64,000 nucleotides of DNA, from positions 72,044,001 through 72,108,000 of the forward strand of contig NC_043001.1 of the NCBI RefSeq assembly GCF_006345805.1, in the 5' to 3' direction. The notes under the pieces were generated by a model. It was not told the DNA's origin, searched no databases, and saw nothing but the letters and a program-made list of their open reading frames with translations. This document shows, one piece after another, positions 61,229 through 64,000 of this stretch (position 1 is the first letter of the stretch; the number at the start of each line of letters is the position of its first letter). Position numbers and translations under genes: made by a program. This DNA comes from Octopus sinensis. Taxonomy: Eukaryota.

Positions 61229-61734
61229 TCTATATATATAAAACTCTAGTTGTGCGAGTGTCTGTCCCCTTCGATTTAGATTCCTAACTCCTCCCACATT
61301 TTGCGGTGCAGTTTAACCAAATTCGGGTATCTTATAGTCGTGATTCATATCGAGCCCGTCTGACTATTAGCGCGTGTCAACGATGAGTCTACGATTTTAA
61401 AAATAATTTAACATCATTTTTTATTCCATTTTAATGCATAAAATGCATCGTGTGTCGATGGTGGCGGAGTTGGCGTCCACGCTCACAGCTGCACCTGTTT
61501 GCTTCTCCCCCTTCCCTCCCTCGTGAAGCTGTGGGGAAGGGAGTGTAAAGAAATCAACGTCGTAAAGCGTTGTGAAGGAGACCAGCGTTCTTTTAGAACA
61601 ACGACTTCATGGCTTGAAGACACCAAAACAAAAATGGCTAAGAAAGCCCGAATTTATAAGGGAAGTAACTCTCTAAAAATGCTTATATAGTTATTTCCCT
61701 TACAAACCCGAGCAACGCCGGGCGATACTGCTAG
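61229..61734 (+). mobile_element. Non-autonomous Helitron
   Basis: A|TC(TA)n 5' end; GC hairpin CCCG-agcaacgc-CGGG at 61707-61722; CTAG|T 3' end; inserted between A and T with no TSD. Confidence 0.85.
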
Positions 61735-61987
61735 TGTGAAATAAAAATACAGGCATACATCAACTTACATCATTGCTAGAAAATATAATGACTAACCAAG
61801 TTATGGCAGAGTAGCATACTTTTCAGAAAGATTGTTTAGAAATATGCTTTCATGTCTAAGTCTGTGACCGTATTTGAATTCTTGAGTCAGTATTTCTATA
61901 AGTAAGTTAGTTTAGATCTAATTAATTAGTTTAGGTCTCAATTCTAACATTGCAATATCTTTCTGTCTTTTTTTTTTTAACTTCCAG

Positions 61988-62026
61988 AGCAATATCACCC
62001 CCTCCGACATTCAAAGTTGGCTGTCA
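61988..62026 (+). CDS. Candidate 39-nt exon of the unidentified gene (SNITPSDIQSWLS)
   Basis: Long poly-T tract, then cttccag|...ctgtca|gtaagt; phase 0-0. Confidence 0.55.
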
Positions 62027-62140
62027 GTAAGTATTTTATATATTAAATTTAAATTGAAGCAGTATGAAAAGAAAGATATTTTATATTTGTAAATTTCTTT
62101 CGAATTAAAATCTTCAATAAACAATTACTGTTCTCGGTTG

Positions 62141-62260
62141 ACTTGTAATCACTGCAGTCATTTTGACACAATTGGTTTTCCATAGTTTCTGTTCATCTTA
62201 TTTACTTGTAATCACTACAGTGATTTTGACACAATTGGTTTTCCATAGTTTCTGTTTATC
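62141..62260. repeat. Tandem duplication, 63-bp period
   Basis: acttgtaatcact...ttttgacacaattggttttccatagtttctgtt occurs at 62141 and 62204. Confidence 0.85.
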
Positions 62261-63312
62261 TTTTTACCCCTGTCATATCCACACACACTCATTTAACTAC
62301 AGAAAAGTTTATTACATATAATAATAATAATAGTAATAATAATAATAATAATAATGAAATTATTGTATACAGTGCTCAGGTGCACCACAACTTGTCAGAA
62401 AGTGCATATAAAGTATATGCAGTAATGTACAAATGTCTGGAAAGCGAACAATGTATGAGTCAGATACATGCTTGTATGTGTATGGAGGGGAGAAAATCAG
62501 GTGTAGTGTTGGCGAATATCAGAAAGCATGGAAGTTTTGAAGGATGCAGTGTTCCGACAACTAACAACTGATGCTGGCAGTTTGTTCCATGCTTCAGCAA
62601 CTCTCATATAAATTTGTACAAAAAGATGAATTGATCCAGCAAAGTCAGTTCAATGTTTTCCATTGGTTAAAACTGATTAATCAGCTTGGCTCAGCAAATT
62701 GTTGGTGAACTCCTCCCTAGAGTCTAATGTTTGATATTAAAAGAAGGTAATTTCTAAAACTTCATCAGCAAGTATTTGGCTGCATTGGCTAGCTGTTGGA
62801 TTAACTAATCTGTTTTATTTTATTAAGCATCATAGACAAGGGTATGGCTGTGTAGTTAAGAAGCTTTTCTGCAACCACGTGGTGATCCCACTAAGCAACA
62901 TGCCGAGCAAGTGTCTTCTAACTTCTTCTATAGCCCCAGGCAAACCAATACCTTGTGGGTGAATTTGGTAAATGGAAACGCTGTCTGTGTGTGTGTGTGT
63001 TTATGTGTGTGTATGTGTTCTAAGCAACCATTATAATGAAATGTATGTAGGAACTAATAATATCATATATATATATAGGCACAGGTGTGACTGTGTGGTA
63101 AGAAGCTTGCTTCACAATCACATGGTTCTGCATAATATACAATAACTCAGGTAATAGTATTGATAAATTTAATACAAGGTAATGAAACACTGCATTAAAT
63201 TTAAGATTAAAATTGAACATTGGCTAGGGTCATAGTTGTTAATATGACTTATTTGGAAATAAATTTTTAAAAATTTTAGTTTTAACTTTTTAAAAATTCT
63301 TTTACCTTCCAG

Positions 63313-63457
63313 AATATTGAACCAACAATTCCAAGTCAAGGATATTTCCAGAACACTGATGATAAATCATATCCTTTTTCAAGGGTCAAATTCAAGCAGT
63401 CACTGGCCCAGATGACTTTAGACCAGTTACGACACCATGATGAAGCTCAAAAAGAAG
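63313..63457 (+). CDS. Candidate exon of the unidentified gene (NIEPTIPSQGYFQNTDDKSYPFSRVKFKQSLAQMTLDQLRHHDEAQKE)
   Basis: ttttaccttccag| acceptor; only frame 0 stays open to the putative donor; the donor AAG|GTTCTT is weak, so the 3' boundary is uncertain. Confidence 0.55.
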
Positions 63458-63888
63458 GTTCTTCTCTCACTTCTCTCTCTCTCTGCCCCTTCTCTTCTGT
63501 TCTTCTCCCTCCCTCTCTCTCTCTCCCTATATATATATGAGAAAGAGAGATGACAAAACAATAAATGATTACCTTATGAACTTCGTTAACTTACAGCTCT
63601 TTCTACTATAATATGCAGTGCACTCATAGTTGAGTGCCTGAATAATACCTTATAGTTTCATTGGAGTCTTGAACATGAAGACTCTGACAAAGCTACAAGG
63701 TGTTATTCAGGTACCCAACTATGAGTCTACTGCATGATGATCATTTATTTCTTTGTCATCTCTCTTATTATTGTTCTCTATTCAGCTAGCACTTTGTTCT
63801 GAAACATAGGTATATTGAGTTCTACACTGGGTTATTAATATCACAATACCTTAGCAAAATATCAAAACCCAATATTAAAAACCAAAAA

Positions 63889-64000
63889 CGTGGCTTAGTG
63901 GTTAGGGCATTTGGCTCATGATTGTAAGGTCGTGAGTTCGATTCCCGGCGACGCGTTGTGTCCTTGAGCAAGACACTTTATTTCACGTTGCTCCAGTCCA
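63889..64000 (+). mobile_element. tRNA-derived SINE head, cut by the window end
   Basis: GTGGCTTAGTGGTTAGGGC...GAGTTCGATTCC, followed by the SINE-core-like tgtgtccttgagcaagacacttta. Confidence 0.75.

Noticed and set aside
56-63220. The many 60-130 aa ORFs in the track
   Set aside because: Apart from those overlapping POLE exons, transposon relics or the 55580 candidate, they are low-complexity or repeat-derived frames with no recognisable motifs.
63889-63960. Possible tRNA gene (also 3230-3320 and the 31.5/51.4 kb heads)
   Set aside because: The arms and acceptor stem are imperfect and run straight into SINE body sequence; these are tRNA-derived repeat heads.

Overview
AT-rich, repeat-dense animal genomic DNA. 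The repeat families look like those of octopod cephalopods; this is recalled from memory, not from a search. Positions 2757-47061 (+) hold the last 22 coding exons (~900 aa) of the DNA polymerase epsilon catalytic subunit gene (POLE). I reconstructed them by hand with GT-AG boundaries and consistent phases, through the CysA/CysB motifs to the TAA stop. A second, unrecognised (+) gene probably starts near 55.2-55.6 kb, with an RFX X-box upstream and three frame-compatible candidate exons. Introns and intergenic DNA are filled with RTE, CR1 and R4/Dong-like LINE fragments, tRNA-derived SINEs, three solo LTRs, a Gypsy integrase relic, mariner and piggyBac relics and MITEs, and a non-autonomous Helitron. 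The most unusual element occurs twice (31.3-31.75 kb and 50.5-51.6 kb). It is a fold-back repeat made of a tRNA-like Pol III head, (AAT)n and a minimal hammerhead-ribozyme motif, and both copies share the same inversion junction.
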